This document shows positions 1-13,575 of a DNA stretch of 64,000 nucleotides, in pieces. This DNA is from Octopus vulgaris (taxonomy: Eukaryota): NCBI GenBank assembly GCA_951406725.2, contig OX597819.1, positions 128,650,001-128,714,000 of the forward strand, written 5' to 3'. The position numbers and the translations under genes are program-made. Within the stretch, counting starts at the first letter, position 1, and each line of letters begins with the position of its first letter. Below the pieces are notes generated by a model that ran no database searches, was not told where the DNA came from, and saw only the letters and a program-made list of their open reading frames with translations.

Positions 1-460
1 TACTTTTTAACGAAACTTCCACCAAATAATGGATTATATCCTGCAGATTAAGTGTATGTGAAGACTTGTAGGAAAAATTTTTCCGAGGGGTTGGGGAGAG
101 GAATTTCGGAAAATTCACTGAAGCCGACATTTTCCCCCTCATAACTTTCTGGAAAATAGGTATCTTTTAATGAAATTTTATTCAAATACCTTTCAAACGG
201 TGTAGATTACGATTACAAAGAAATTTTTAGGCAAAATTTTTGGAAGGGGGCGGAGGGTGAAGTTTCTGGAAAATGGAGTTTCGGATCAGACAGCCACGAA
301 TTTCTCCATTTTGATGGGGATTTTTTCCAATGATTTTCACCAAAGTCCACGAAAAAAAAAGAAAAAAATTTTTTTAAAGATTTTTTCACTTCCGCCACCC
401 CCTTACCACCCCAGTCCGAAACGATTTTGGCAATTTTTTTTTTTTCACTAAGCACTTAAA
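1..460. mobile_element. Non-autonomous DNA element fragment (Helentron/HINE- or Sola-like), truncated by window start
   Basis: Motifs such as cataactttc...atgaaatttt, G-runs and C-runs typical of such invertebrate repeats; no termini confirmed. Confidence 0.3.
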
Positions 461-785
461 AGCCGTGAGCAGGGTTCAGCTGACGTAGAACAGCCACTTG
501 TGTACAATGGCTGCCGATGGAAGAGAATAAGTTTTGTGATTTGAGGGACGTTTGCAGTTATTTCTACGAAGTCAGATTCGTAGCCATTGAACTGAATCAA
601 ATATTAGACAGCGATGTTATGTAGTCTAATGTGTTTGGAGAGAATCCAATGTTTTCATTACTTAGATGGATGACGTTAGTTGATATCTGAACTAAAAGCC
701 ACAGTTTACGCCTGTATTCCTACATTTCCAAGTTCATTTTTAGATAACAGTAGTAGCTATAGTAGCAGCAGCAGCAGCAGCAGCG

Positions 786-1150
786 GTGGAGGCGCATGGC
801 CCAGTGGTTAGGGCAGCGGACTCGCGGTTTCGATTCCCAGACCGGGTGTTCTGTTTGTTTATCGAGCGAAAACACCTAAAGCTCCACGAGGCTCCGACAG
901 GGGTTGGTGGCGACCCTGTTGTACTCTTTCGCCCCAACTTTCTCTCACTCTTTCTTCCTGCTTCTCGTCCCCGACTTCCTACGCAACCGCTGAGCCTGGA
1001 TGCGCATTCATTCATCCGTCGATGCTCTCGGTGTCGGGGGTTGACCTGCTTTCTCTTCTGCGGGTCTTACGAATAGCAAAGGACCACGTTTCGGACTTCT
1101 CCCATCTTGTGAGCTCTGGGACGAAGACCGCTTCGCTCAACAGCAACAGC
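786..1150 (+). mobile_element. tRNA-derived SINE family A, subfamily A1 ((AACAGC)n tail)
   Basis: Head gtggaggcgcatggcccagtggttagggcagcggactcgcggtttcgattccc with pol III A/B boxes; near-identical to 5120 and 11348 copies; inserted in a (CAG)n tract. Confidence 0.9.
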
Positions 1151-1722
1151 AGCAGCAGTCTTTGTTGTTGTTGCCGTTGTTTCAAGTTTAAATTCTAGCC
1201 TCGTTCGAGCATTGCTTTTTATCACTTGGTCAGCACCTATGAGTTTTTGAGGCTTTCTGAAAAGCAGGGAGGCAGGCATCCTCAAATCTGTGACCTGATG
1301 TAGTATGGACTAAATGGCTGCGACAGAGTGGACTCCACTGAAGGCAGCTACTGGCTAGGTGTTGGGTTAAACTAGGCAATGGTTTACCACTAAGTTTACC
1401 ACTCAAAAAGGCGACGGTAGGATTTGGACTCAGAGTGCAATGAGCCGAAACAAATACTTCAAGGCTCTGACAATTCCGTTATTTATCGACCCGCAGAAGA
1501 ATGAACTTTTAAGTTAACTTTGGTAGAATTTGATCTTCGAACAGAGGGCCAGAAATAAATATTTCTAATCAGTACTATTGTATCGATCAATCTCTTGGGT
1601 ACACACCAAACACCTGGAAGTAAAACTCGATGGCGGGTACACCTGCATGTTAAAGGCCGTTCTGAATAACACCTGGGAAAAGTGTCCTACCAAATACAGG
1701 CAATATCTTTTATCTGTTTCGG

Positions 1723-1956
1723 AGGGCGGCGAGCTGGCAGAAACGTTAGCACACCGGGCGAAATGCGTAGCCGTATTTCGTCTGCCGTTACCTTCTGAGT
1801 TCAAATTCCGCCGAGGTCGACTTTGCCTTTCATCCTTTCAGGGTCGATAAATTAAGTACCAGTTACGCACTGGGGTCGATATAATCGACATAATCCGTTT
1901 GTCTGTCCTTGTTTGTTCCCTCTGTGTTTAGCCCCTTGTGGGTAGTAAAGAAATAT
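1723..1956 (+). mobile_element. SINE family B (tRNA-like head, Meta/MESC-like core)
   Basis: ggcggcgagctggcagaaacgttagc...gagttcaaattcc...gcctttcatcctttc...aaagaaata; 20-bp TSD atatcttttatctgtttcgg at 1703-1722 and 1957-1976. Confidence 0.92.
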
Positions 1957-2208
1957 ATATCTTTTATCTGTTTCGGGCATTACACTGCGGCCATGCTGGG
2001 GCACAACCTTGAAGAACTTTTAGTCGAATGAATCGACCCCAGTACTTATATTTTTTTAAAGCCTGGTACTTTCTCTATCGGGTTCTTTTTGCCGAACCGT
2101 TAAGTAATGGGGACGTAAACAAACCAACACCAGTTGTCAGCCAGTGATGGAGGACAAACACACATGCACACACACACACACACACACACGCAAACACACA
2201 CACACACA
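1957..2208 (-). mobile_element. SINE family C, 3' half
   Basis: ctgcggccatgctggggcac...atcgaccccagtacttat...gccgaaccgttaag...(CA)n matches copies at 13126 and 43776. Confidence 0.8.
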
Positions 2209-2214
2209 TGTCTA

Positions 2215-3115
2215 ATAGGCAGAGAATGTACCCAGGAACATTTAGACATTTACTTGTTCGTTAAGTATAACTACCACTCGGAACTATGTTGGCTATTTAA
2301 GATGTTTGATTCAGCATTATAATTGAAGGTAAGTGCACGAGTAACCACCTCCCCTGACGGTAGTCTCCCCTCAACTGTTAGTTACTTGCTATCGTACGGC
2401 CGCCCGTATTTATGTTGGGATGCTTTAAATTAACACAAGCGGCCTTACGCCACTTACGACATAGACGACTCTCCACCCCCACTTTTTATTTACTGTTTTA
2501 TTTACTTCTTTATTTGCATCTGCCCCATAACAGTTTTAGATTACCATTGGTTTTAAATTTAACTGACCAATTATTGAGATAGCTGGACTTTGGTCAATTC
2601 CATTACGGAAAACAGGTGGTTGGTCCTTAGAATATTTCAGTAATTGTACTATTATTACCACTTACGGGTATCGTTTTTGGATAAATATTCATTAGCTCTG
2701 TTTACGAAACCATAAATACTATTCTTTTTCTAGACTTATTGGCGAACCCTGTTATACTTAAGTACTAGTTTTATTTTCTTATTATTTATACACCCTGGTA
2801 CCCCTAAAGAAAGATTAACCCACCAATTATTTTTCTAGTTTATTTGCTAGTTTATTCATCGACTTCAAGCTTCATATTGCAAAATGGTCTGATTCTAATT
2901 TATTAAGCGTTCTTTCCTCATCTCGAGGCCCTGTTCTGGCCTCTTCCTTCTTCTCTTGTTTTATTTTATGCATTTGTATTCACTCTGACGAAGCGCCATG
3001 TACCAGATCGGATGTGCTATAAAGATGACGAATATTATTCTCATAATGCTTTTTTGGGCAGCACCGATGACATTGGTAGGAGAAACAGCCGTAGGCTATG
3101 TTCAAGCTTTGTATC
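2215..3115 (+). mobile_element. Decayed Penelope-like pseudo-LTR region with degenerate hammerhead
   Basis: ctgacgaag at 2985 and gaaacagccgta at 3082 resemble PLE hammerhead core halves; stem I not intact. Confidence 0.35.
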
Positions 3116-3204
3116 AAAAAATATTTAAACGATGGTAGTCAATTTGCTTGTTCATTAAAAGTTTTCTCCATTTCCTGCTTATTTTTAATTTTATATATAT
3201 AACA

Positions 3205-3585
3205 TAATAATAATAATAATGAAATGATTGTATAGAGTGCTCAGGTGCACCACAACTTGTCAAAAGTGCATATAAAGTATATGCAGTAATGTACAAATGT
3301 CTGGAAAGCGAACAGTGTATGAGTCAGATACATGCTTGCGAGTGTATGGCGGGGAGAAAATCAGGTGTAGTGTTGGCGAATCTCAGGAAGCATGGAAATT
3401 TTGAAGGATGCAGTGCTCCGACAACTAACAGCTGATGCTGGCAGTTTGTTCCATGCTTCAGCAACTCTTAGCGTGGAAAAATGTTTCCGAAAGTCCTGGA
3501 AGGAGCTGTGCAGTTTTCTGACTTTGTAAACATGTCCATGGGTGTTAGACGGGTGGATTATGAAAAGGTGCTCAGAGTTATTGCT
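3205..3585 (-). mobile_element. CR1-type LINE 3' end relic
   Basis: Minus-strand translation FRKHFSTLRVAEAWNKLPASAVSCRSTASFK matches the CR1 ORF2 C-terminal R..FFS.RV...WN.LP...V...S...FK motif; (ATT)n tail. Confidence 0.7.
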
Positions 3586-4514
3586 TCTTTCAATTTCCGT
3601 CTACCAAATCCACTCACAAGACTTCGTTCGGTTCGAGGTTACAGTAGAAGACATGCCTGGGCCTATGACAATTTTCATTTAGTCATCAAATGCATAGTTT
3701 TTTAAAATTTTATTTTAATCTGGAAAGCTGAGGCAAGAACTCCTTAGTAATACACCCATTTGGATATCTTCATGTGGATATAAACGGATTGGCTGTCTAG
3801 CAAAAATTGTCATCGACCAGCTCTGTACAGAAATAGGATGTTGCTTTCCTGACCTCTCACTTGTGGTGAGTGACGTATTCAAGTCTGGCAAACCCGAACA
3901 AGCTTGACATGATTCTTTGGTTGAACAGACAAGAGAAACATCGCCGTTTTCTTGTATCGGTTAATCTGTCTGACATTTCTCTCTCACTTATCCTTAGCTC
4001 TCCTTCCTTTCTTTCTACCGCCCTCACTCACTGATTCACGCCTCGCAAGTGCGCGCACTCACTCTTTCCCTCACCCTCTTCCCATCTCACACACACACCT
4101 CTGACTTTAAGCTAGTTTTGTTTCATACACAAATCAATGGGCGAAAGACAGGCATAAATTAAATCTATATAAAGAAGCGACGAAGATGAGGTTGGTTTAA
4201 AACTGAACACATTAAATAAAGATCAATACGTTTCAGTCGAAATACAAAAACTGAAATATGAGATGTAAAGAGCGAAAGACAATTTGCTTCTATTCTTGAC
4301 GATCGGAATATATTTTTGCAATCAATCAACTATGATCAGTATTCTCATTACCTTTAGTGCTGGAACTATCTCGTCTAGATGTCAATTACGGGAAATTGTC
4401 TCTTTGATCCAGCTGATGTCTTCTGGTCGAGATTGGATGTTTGACATCTGGAATGGTGCCAGGCGGTCGCTGCATTTAACCAGCAGGGAAATGCAGTCTA
4501 TAGAACACCTAATA

Positions 4515-4840
4515 AGGAGTACTCCGTCGGTTACGACGATGAGGGTCCCAGCTGATACGATCAACGGAACAGCCTGCTCGTGAAATTAACGTGCAAATGA
4601 CTGAGCAATCCACAGACACGTGTACCCCTAACGTAGTTATCAGGGAGATTCAGCATGGCACAGAATGTGACAAGGCCGGCCCTTTGAAATACAGGTACAA
4701 CTCATTATTGCCAGCTGAGTGGACTGGAGCAACATGAAATAAAGTGTCTTGCTCAAGGACACAACGCGTCGCCGGGAATCGAACTCACGACCTTACAATC
4801 GTGAGCCGAATGCCCTAACCACTAAGCCACGCGCCTTCAC
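4515..4840 (-). mobile_element. SINE family D (tRNA head + CORE-like), tail type D1
   Basis: Reverse strand gaaggcgcgtggcttagtggttagggcattcggctcacg...gagttcgattccc...ccttgagcaagacact...gctccagtccactcagctg; related to 17700 and 40838 copies. Confidence 0.85.
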
Positions 4841-5119
4841 TACATAGAACATCAACATTAGCATTCTATAGAAAGTTAATGGAGGGTGTGTGTGATGACG
4901 GTTTAGGAACGGTTCTGGGTATTAGAGGGGTCAGGTAAAGTAGTATCTTTTGAAGGACTTTAAAGTAAGGAGTTATAGAAACCACCAAAAGTTCTTACTC
5001 TACTTGCATTGCAATGGAATAGCGTTTGTTCAGAACAAACTCTTCAAACACAGTCTGCATGCATTCGTTCAATGTCTGTGAATTGCCAACTTGTAGCCTT
5101 GTGTTGAACAGCTGCTACA

Positions 5120-5503
5120 GTGGAGGCGCAATGGCCCAGTGGTTAGGGCAGCGGACTCGCGGTCGGAGGATCGCGGTTTCGATTCCCAGACCAGGCGTTG
5201 TGTGTGTTTATTGAGCGAAAACACCTAAAGCTCCACGAGGCTCCGGCAGGGGGTGGTGGCGACCCCTGTTGTACTCTTTCGCTCCAACTTTCTCTCACTC
5301 TTTCTTCCTGTTTCTTGTCCCCGACTTCCTACGCAAACGCTGAGTCTGGATGCGCATTCATCCATCCGTCGATGCTCTCGGTGTCGGGGGGTTGACCTGC
5401 TTTCTCTTCTGCGGGTCTTACGAATAGCAAAGGACCACGTTTCGGACTTCTCCCATCTTGCGAGCTCTGGGACGAAGACCGTTCGCCCAACAACAGCAAC
5501 AGT
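5120..5503 (+). mobile_element. SINE family A1, full length
   Basis: Complete head with A/B boxes; 13-bp TSD aacagctgctaca at 5107-5119 and 5504-5516. Confidence 0.93.
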
Positions 5504-6210
5504 AACAGCTGCTACAATGTGTCGGATGAATCGGATATTAGCCGAATCTCTCATAAAAACTAACTTCGTTTTTGTAAGGTCGGTCGATGGTAAGTTTTCC
5601 TCTGTTTGGTCACTATGGCGAAGTTAGCTGTATGGTGGACGAAGTTAAAAGAGTTGATGACAGATATTTTTCTCAGGCAAAACTATCATGAATTTTTTCA
5701 AGTACTCTTTAAAGATGAAGACGAATGTGAAGGTGGATAGGAAGGCGCTGTACCCCAGTGAGTTTATGTAAAGTGAATAAAACTGGCAAGATTGGCGAGG
5801 CTAAAGGGGCGAACTCTGGATTACGCAACTGTCAACAGGAGACAACATTTTGACGCGGCAGTCGTGTTTTTCTATGTGCGAAGAAAATAACGACATGTAT
5901 TTATATATGTTTGCTTTCCACAGTGTGGTCATTAGAAAGTGATGTCTATCTACAGAATTTCTAATTCTGCTTGTGCATAAATCTTTCAAGAATTTAATCT
6001 CGATGCCAGACGAGGCACAATAAACAATAAACAAATAAGTCTAGCCATTTAAGCACGATATTAGCATGCGACTGATTTAAATAGGGTTCGATATGGAGCT
6101 GTTTTGAAGACAGAAGAATGAAGATCATTTGCTCCCTGAAGAGTTGCCAATCAGTCACTAAACATGTCAAGCCAATTTATTTTTCTGTGTACGAAGAGAA
6201 TATCACACTC

Positions 6211-6315
<105 letters not shown>

Positions 6316-7284
6316 GTATGTACACGGTAATTTAGCTATTTTCCTGTAGATCCGTAGATTAAAAAAAAACTGAACAGCTATAATTGAATTTTGGATCTTA
6401 TTGGATTCTCATCAGACGCGTCACGCTTTTCGCACAGTTTTTGTCTGCCAAATTCCAGTCACAAAGTATTTATTGGCATGAATCTATAGTAGTAGATATT
6501 TGCCAAAGGTGCCGCGCAATAAAATCGAACGCAGAACAACGTGGTTACGAAATAAAATTTTTACTCATAAGACCATCCTTTATTTCAATTTCATTGCCAA
6601 TCCTTGAACGATGAAAGATAAAAATCGAACCCTGCAGAATTTGAAAACAGAAAGTAAAGGGACGATACAACTATATAATACCAATAAGCACTTAATCCGA
6701 CGTTTTAACAAATCTGTCTTTAATCCAAAAAATAATGCAAACATGTTTGTTTAAAGAAATTCTAGCTATCTTTTGGAGATAACTGTGAAGCAAGATCTGT
6801 GTAACAAACCGCTATTTATACACGCACATCACATCACAGATTGTTTCTGTCATTTCTGTTTACGTTCAGGCCAGTCTTATCAGACGTAAGCTATCTGCGT
6901 CTACATTATACAATATACCCTCTTGTTTTTTAAGACAGAAGAGTGTGATTTGAGAGAGGTTAGATTGCTATTTCTAGCTATTCGAGCGAGTGTGTAACGA
7001 CGCCCATTTAGGCTCGTCATATCTCAGCAACATGGCGCTGACATTAGTTTTGATGCTAAATGAAAAGATCAGACGAAAGTTTCCCTCCCCAAAACAGATA
7101 TGCTTTGATAAGAAGATACTAGCTAATGGCAAAAATATTCTGGTTAATAGCTATTCTCAGAATGGTCGCGAGCTGATGGAGGAGCTAGTAGGTGGGTGTT
7201 CAACTAGAAATAGTAGCAACTCTTCCTCAAATCACATCCTAGCGTCTTAATAGAAGGAAGGATACATTGAACAATCTTGTTTCT

Positions 7285-7340
<56 letters not shown>

Positions 7341-7985
7341 TAGATAGATAGGAATATATAGATAGATAGATAGGGAGATAAAGAGAAAGAGAGAGAAGGA
7401 GAGAGAAAGAGATAAAGTAAATCGTTTCTGAGATCATATCTTTGTAGGTGTAAAATAATCTTCTGTACTTGTGGTGTGAGTAGACAAAGAGTTTTCTGAA
7501 AAATCGATACTTATAGTTTGTGATCATTTTCGGTTAATACTGTCTTTCCGTTCACTTTGTTATGGAACCGTCTACATCCCAAAACTCTGGCTACCAGTTC
7601 CTTTTCTTGCTGCAGTTCTGAGTTGTCATTAATGCACGTGATGATTATGCGACAGGATGGTCATCTTCTGATATGCATTCACCTCGGCTATCTTTTGAGA
7701 TGTCTACAGAAAATATGATTGGTTTCTTGACATCAAACATACTTTTGAACTGAGGCCTTTGTTATCAGTGCTTTTAATATATCAAAACTCTTCCCGTGTG
7801 TTTCATTCCATGCAAATTCGCTGATACCTTTGGTAAGCTAATGTGATAGTGTTGCAACGTTAGATGAATTAGAAATAAATTCTATGACATACGCTACCAT
7901 TCCTAAGAACCAATGTACGTCTTCTTTGTTTGTGAGTTGTGGAATCTTAACAATTGCACGCACACACTTTGGATTTGGTTTAATA

Positions 7986-8220
7986 TCTGTTTCTTTACTA
8001 CCCACAAGGGGCTAAACACAGAGAGGACAAACAAGGACAGACAAACGGATTAAGTCGATTACATCGACCCCAGTGCGTAACTGGCACTTAATTTATCAAC
8101 CCCGAAAGGATGAAAGGCAAAGTCGACCTCGGCGGAATTTGAACTCAGAACGTAACGGCAGACGAAATACCGCTACGCATTTCGCCTGACGTGCTAACGT
8201 TTCAGCCAGCTCGCCGCCTT
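7986..8220 (-). mobile_element. SINE family B nested in Gypsy RT
   Basis: Full copy; TSD atttggtttaata at 7973-7985 and 8230-8242. Confidence 0.92.
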
Positions 8221-10200
8221 AAACGCCTTATTTGGTTTAATACCATGGCGTGTATATGACCAACGTAACGAATTTCTTCTTTGCCGATTTCTGTTTTGTC
8301 AGGGTTTAGTTTAAATCCCGCTTGACCAACGCGGTTTAGGACTGGCTTCAATCTCTTGTGTCCTTTGTAAGAACCATCGATTTCTTCAAGAATATTTTTC
8401 CATTGCTCGTTGCATTATATCTCCTGGGTTGTGCAAACCAAATGGCAAATGCAGGAAGTGATACCTGCCAAGCACAGTATTCATTGTACACAACTTTAAG
8501 CTTTCTTTGCTTAGCTCTGTATGTCAGTAACTGATTATGCATTTAGTTTAGTAACTTTGCCTATTTGCGCAGCAACTTCTTCAACCGTAACATTTGGGTA
8601 ATGTTCACGCATAATAACTTTTATGACTTCAGTTGGATCAATACAAATCTTTATCCTGTCACCTTTTTGTACTATGAACCTTGAGTTGATCCATGCTGTA
8701 GGCACGCGCTGTTTGGCAATAACGCCAAGATATTCCCTACGATCAAGTTCGGTTTTCATTATATCGCGAATAGCTTATGGAATTCCTCCTGAAGAGTGTA
8801 TGCATCTGAGTTTCACTTAACTGAGTGTTGACATTTTAAGGCCTTTTCTTAGATCCGAGCAATCTAGTGATAGGTTTACAAATTTTACTTCATGCAATTT
8901 TAATAATTCTAATTTATAACATGCATTTTTACCCTGGATAGGCGTTGCTTTCAAATCGACATCTTGAAAGCCTTTATTATTGATTGAGCGTATAAGTTCA
9001 CCCTGACCTTCTGCTAGGATAGTATATTGTTTGTAGCTTTCCAGTCGGGCATTCGTTGAATGAAGTGGACCTGTGTAAAATGAGCGTAGTGTACTGATCG
9101 GAATATTTACATGTGCTGCGGTATCAAGCTTGAAGATGCTGCTCCTGTCTATCTTCTATGATAGCTTGTGTCCAGTTAGGATGTTACAGAATTCGTTTCC
9201 TGTGTGAAACCGTCTAGAAATGAATATTGATACAACAAATCGTTATCTCAAGTGCTTATTTCTGATATACTGTGATTGTTTAGAACGGCACAGATTGGCA
9301 AAACGATTTTGCTTAAGACATTTTGCACATGGTTTCCCATAGGCAGGGACTTGTTTAGGCGGATGAATCCATCATATTTACCACATGATCTGATATAGTC
9401 ACTTCGTTGGCTTTTTATTTCTTTGTATGGCGTCATTTTAGATTTTCTTAAGCTGCTATTTTTTCTCATTTGTTGACACTTGTTTTGTGTCATTGCTAAA
9501 ACTGAAGCGTCATCAGTGATGCCTTTTATCTATGTAGCAATTATTTCGATGTCTTTACATTTATCTGTAGATGTTTTTTTAACGTCAATTTTGCATCCTG
9601 AAGCAGTTTCTCTCGAGGATCCTTATATTGTATTCCACATTCGATCCTATTTCTGATTAAATCCTCCTGTAAATCTCCGATTTTACAATCTTTAGCTTCA
9701 GCAAAATGTCAGAAATGATTCAAATTTCTCCAATGGTACCTGATTTCCACTAAAAAATATATAGTGGACACAGGTGATGTTTTTTCGTGGGTAACAATAC
9801 TCTCGGAATTTCGTTTTAAGAGCGATAATTTTGTCTTTATCGTCTGGCTTTTCAAATTCAAAACAGTTAAATACCTGTTGTGTTCGGGAATCTGCAAAGT
9901 GGAGATAAATTGCGATCTGCATGTTTTCGTCACCTACCCCTGTAACTCCTGCGACAAGTGAATAAAAGTCCTATTGTTGTTCCCATACCTTCTTTTCATA
10001 TAAATTTTCGTCAAAGCTCAGGTGTTTTGGTGGCTTCAGGCTCATCTTACTTAGAGGGATCTTATCCTCTAAAAGTACTTCACTTTAAAATAGCCTGCAC
10101 GTGGACCTTTCCACGCATAAACGAAGTTCAGCAAATAATTAAAGGTAAGAATAAAACTCATCTTTGTATTTGCTCACTCTTTCTTTTGTGACAAGAGTTT

Positions 10201-10217
10201 ATCCGATTCTGATACTA
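10201..10217 (-). promoter_or_regulatory. Degenerate primer-binding site of the Gypsy element
   Basis: Reverse strand tagtatcagaatcggat resembles the tRNA-Leu PBS tggtgtcagaagtgggat, just upstream of gag. Confidence 0.45.
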
Positions 10218-10259
10218 AGTGAAGTCATGTTATAACAACATAGATAACGTGATGATATA

Positions 10260-10380
10260 TATTTCTTTATTGCCCACAAGGGGCTAAACATAGAGAGGAT
10301 AAACAAGGACAGACAAAGGGATTAAGTCGATTACATCGACCCCAGTGCGAAAGTGGTACTTTATTTATCGACCCCGAAAG
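10260..10380 (-). mobile_element. 5'-truncated SINE family B
   Basis: 3' half of family B; flanked by gatgatata at 10251-10259 and 10381-10389. Confidence 0.8.
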
Positions 10381-11347
10381 GATGATATAAGAGAGGACTT
10401 TACGTGTGGTTCAATTAGTCAGATAACCATCGTTAGACTCTCACTGAATATTTTCAGTATTGGTTGGTTAAATAATACAATATTACAATTAGAGTGGTTG
10501 TATACTGTCAACTTAACGTGACAGTCCCGTAAAGGGAGTCACACCACCGCTATTTAGCCCTAGGAAGCATCGACGCTTCCTGTCGGCCTTGACATATATT
10601 ACAATTAAAGGGAAGTAACTCAATACATTGCAATATCGTCATCTCCAACAGGATTTTAGTTCAGAATATAAAGAGAAATAATAAAACATTGCATTGAATA
10701 TTTTCTGGTGCTCTACCAGTTTTTGTCGTCTAAATAACCTAGTCAACCTCTTTCTAAAACTGTTGCGCTATGAACCGAAATACACAGCGATGCGATATGG
10801 GTGGGATCATCCAATTTATTACTGACAAGCTGGAAGCCATTTTATTCACGTTTGGGAAATATAGGAACCATCATTAAATTCCTTTATAAAATCAACAAAG
10901 CTCATTCGTCATTCATTTATATTTCAATCAGTTTGTAAGCCCAGAAGAACCAAGCTGACTGTTTAACAAGAATTTTTGATTTTGTTTCCTACATATGCAC
11001 TTTAGGTCAGTTAAAGTAAAGTAATCTCAATAAGACTTAGAGTACAATCAGTTATATCAACTTTTCTATATATATATAAAAAAACCCATCGCTTTCTCAA
11101 AGTATCCATTCCCATGTAATACATCGTCTCTCCTTTGTGTCTCAATCTTGAAATATGCTTTAAAAGTGCTGTGTTTTCCGAGTGGAGATGACTGAATTAA
11201 CTGCTGTATTGGTGCAGGCGACCTTTGAAGTAGTTCTCAGTAACTCTTTTGTAATCTGTTATTTTGCCTTTCTCTGGGTATATGTTATTTACTGGGGAAA
11301 ACTCTGTGTTTCAGCAACAAGTGGGACTTCACATCAACAGCTACAGC

Positions 11348-11717
11348 TGGAGGCGCAATGGCCCAGTGGTTAAGGCAGCGGACTCGCGGTTTCGATTCCC
11401 AGACCGGGTGTTGTGTGCGTTTATTGAGCGAAAACACCTAAAGCTCCACGAGGCTCCGGCAGGGGGTGGTGGCGACCCCTGATGTACTCTTTCGCTCCAA
11501 ATTTCTCTCACTCTTTCTTCCTGTTTCTTGTCCCCGACTTCCTACGCAACCGCTGAGCCTGGATGCGCATTCATCCATCCGTCGATGCTCTCGGTGTCGG
11601 GGATTGACCTGCTTTCTCTTCTGCAGGTTTTACGAATAGCAAAGGACCACGTTTCGGACTTCTCCCTTCTTGCGAACTCTGGGACGAAGACCGTTCGCTC
11701 AACAGCAACAGCAACAG
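11348..11717 (+). mobile_element. SINE family A1
   Basis: TSD cagctacagct at 11338-11348 and 11718-11728; shares the 14-bp head deletion with the 786 copy. Confidence 0.92.
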
Positions 11718-12057
11718 CAGCTACAGCTTACGTGTACGTTCTTGTTGAACCAGCTGGTGGAACATACAGCCATTTTGGAAATGTTTTCAGATTAAGAACA
11801 ATGTTTTTCAATACTGGTTTTTCAACAAGTTCTCTTACAATATATGAAAAATAAATCTATATCACCAGGCACAGTATGCACTATATTAAGAAAATATATA
11901 ATGCCAAGAACTATCGAGAAAAGATACAATCAGCTTGGCTACTTTACTCGTATAGTGGAGATAAATAAAAAAGTATAAAGAAAAATATGCTTTTAAGTGA
12001 AGACGTTTAAATTCTTTAAAAGACTGCTAAATAAAATAAGTGATTTTTTTTACACAG

Positions 12058-12152
12058 TCGTAGCTCACTACTCGGTGGTGAATCGTCATCCTTTGTAAAT
12101 TTCACTGCGGAATCAAAAAGTTCAACAAATTTTCGTAAACTATCTCTTCGAG
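12058..12152 (+). other. Candidate internal exon (95 bp)
   Basis: Acceptor tttttttttacacag|, upstream branch-like ctgctaa, donor GAG|GTAAGT; one open frame RSSLLGGESSSFVNFTAESKSSTNFRKLSLR; no homology recognised. Confidence 0.25.
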
Positions 12153-12487
12153 GTAAGTACCTTACTTCAGTGAGTACAAAATAAGCTCTTTGAAGCTTAT
12201 ATCGACTCCAGTTATCACTGGTACTTATTTTATCGACTCCGAAAGGAACTTGAACTCAGAAGGACGAAACGCCACTAAGCATTTTGCTTGGTGTGTTAAC
12301 GATTCTGCCAGCTCATCGCCTTTTCGCACTCAAATATAAATGAAGAAACAAAAAAGAGAAGTAAGTGGGTTTGCTTTTATCTCGTTTATAAACTTAAAGT
12401 CTACTTTCTAAGCTTCTTAATGTTCTCCACCGAAGGGATCCCCGCGCCCAAGACATTGTATAAAATACAGTGTAAGCTATATAAATT

Positions 12488-12699
12488 ATCTTTTACTTGT
12501 TTTAACCATTACACTGCGGCCATGCTGGGGCACCGCTTTGAATAATTTTTAGTCGAATGAATCGACCCCAGTACTTATTTTTTTTAAAGCCTGGTACTTA
12601 CCTATCGGTTTCTTTTGCCGAACTGCTTAGTCATGGGACGTAAATACCAACGCCGATTGTCAAGCGGCAGCGGGGGACAAGCACAAAGACACAGACCAC

Positions 12700-12750
<51 letters not shown>
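12488..12750 (-). mobile_element. SINE family C, 3' half ending in (CA)n
   Basis: tcttttacttg...ctgcggccatgctggggcacc...gccgaactgcttag match to family C. Confidence 0.8.
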
Positions 12751-12756
<6 letters not shown>

Positions 12757-12798
12757 CTCTCTTTCTCTCTCCCACACACTCTCTCTCTCTCTCTCACA

Positions 12799-12833
<35 letters not shown>

Positions 12834-13125
12834 ACACACACACACATTAGAAACTTTTTCTTTTGAAAAGTGTTATACCTATCAAAGTCGATGCGCCGTT
12901 TAAAACAAAAACTGAAGTAATTTTATAACGAACATTGGTATATTCAGAATCTTAAAGATGTCGATTTTTAAAATAGCAGGAGAAATGCGAACGGTTAAAG
13001 GTGAACCTGTAATAAAAGCTCAGGACGATGATATGCTAACTCGTTGTTGAGGTCACGGCATAAACGGAGGATGGGTTGAAAGCCATAGACAGGTCAAAAC
13101 TCTCGGCCAAATGCAAATTTGGTAC

Positions 13126-13575
13126 TCTCTTTTACTCTTTTACTCTTTTACTTGTTTCGGTCATTTGACTGCTGGAGCACCGCCTTTAATCGAGCAACTC
13201 GACCCCGGGACTTATTCTTTGTAAGCCCAGTACTTATTCTTTGTAAGCCCAGTACTTATTCTTTGTAAGCCCAGTACTTATTCTATCGGTCTCTTTTTGC
13301 CGAACCGCTAAGTGACGGGGACATAAACACACCAGCATCGGTTGTCAAGCAATGCTAGGGGGACAAACACAAACATACACGCACACACACATATACATAT
13401 ATATATATACATATATACGACGGGCTTCTTTCAGTTTCCGTCTACCAAATCCACTCACAAGGCTTTGGTCGGCCCGAGGCTATAGTAGAAGTCACTTGCC
13501 CAAGGTGCCACGCAGTGGGACTGAACCCGGAACCATGTGGTTGGTAAACAAGCTACTTACCACACAGCCACTCCT
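13126..13575 (-). mobile_element. SINE family C, full length (tRNA head + CORE + internal microsatellite + (GTAAAAGA)n tail)
   Basis: Reverse strand ggagtggctgtgtggtaag...gggttcagtccc...accttgggcaagtg; internal 22-bp unit acttattctttgtaagcccagt repeated 3x at 13210-13275. Confidence 0.9.

Larger units (their letters stand above)
7420..10220 (-). mobile_element. Decayed Ty3/Gypsy (Mag/K02A2.6-like) LTR retrotransposon: gag-PR-RT-RNaseH
   Basis: Gag-like peptide 9698-9922 (FREYCYPRKNITCVHYIFF); protease FKLDTAAHVNIP at ~9099-9134; RT start ELDRREYLGVI...KICIDP...REHYP at 8535-8759; RNase H end ENDHKL..IFQK...LQRYD at ~7430-7590; many stops and frameshifts. Confidence 0.9.

Noticed and set aside
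5120-5195. tRNA-like sequences at SINE heads (also 13500-13575, 40838, 43776)
   Set aside because: A/B boxes are present but acceptor stems are not intact and each continues into a SINE body; not tRNA genes.
4850-6130. Possible highly decayed CR1/L2 LINE on the minus strand
   Set aside because: Only vague motif resemblance; cannot be supported without a profile search.
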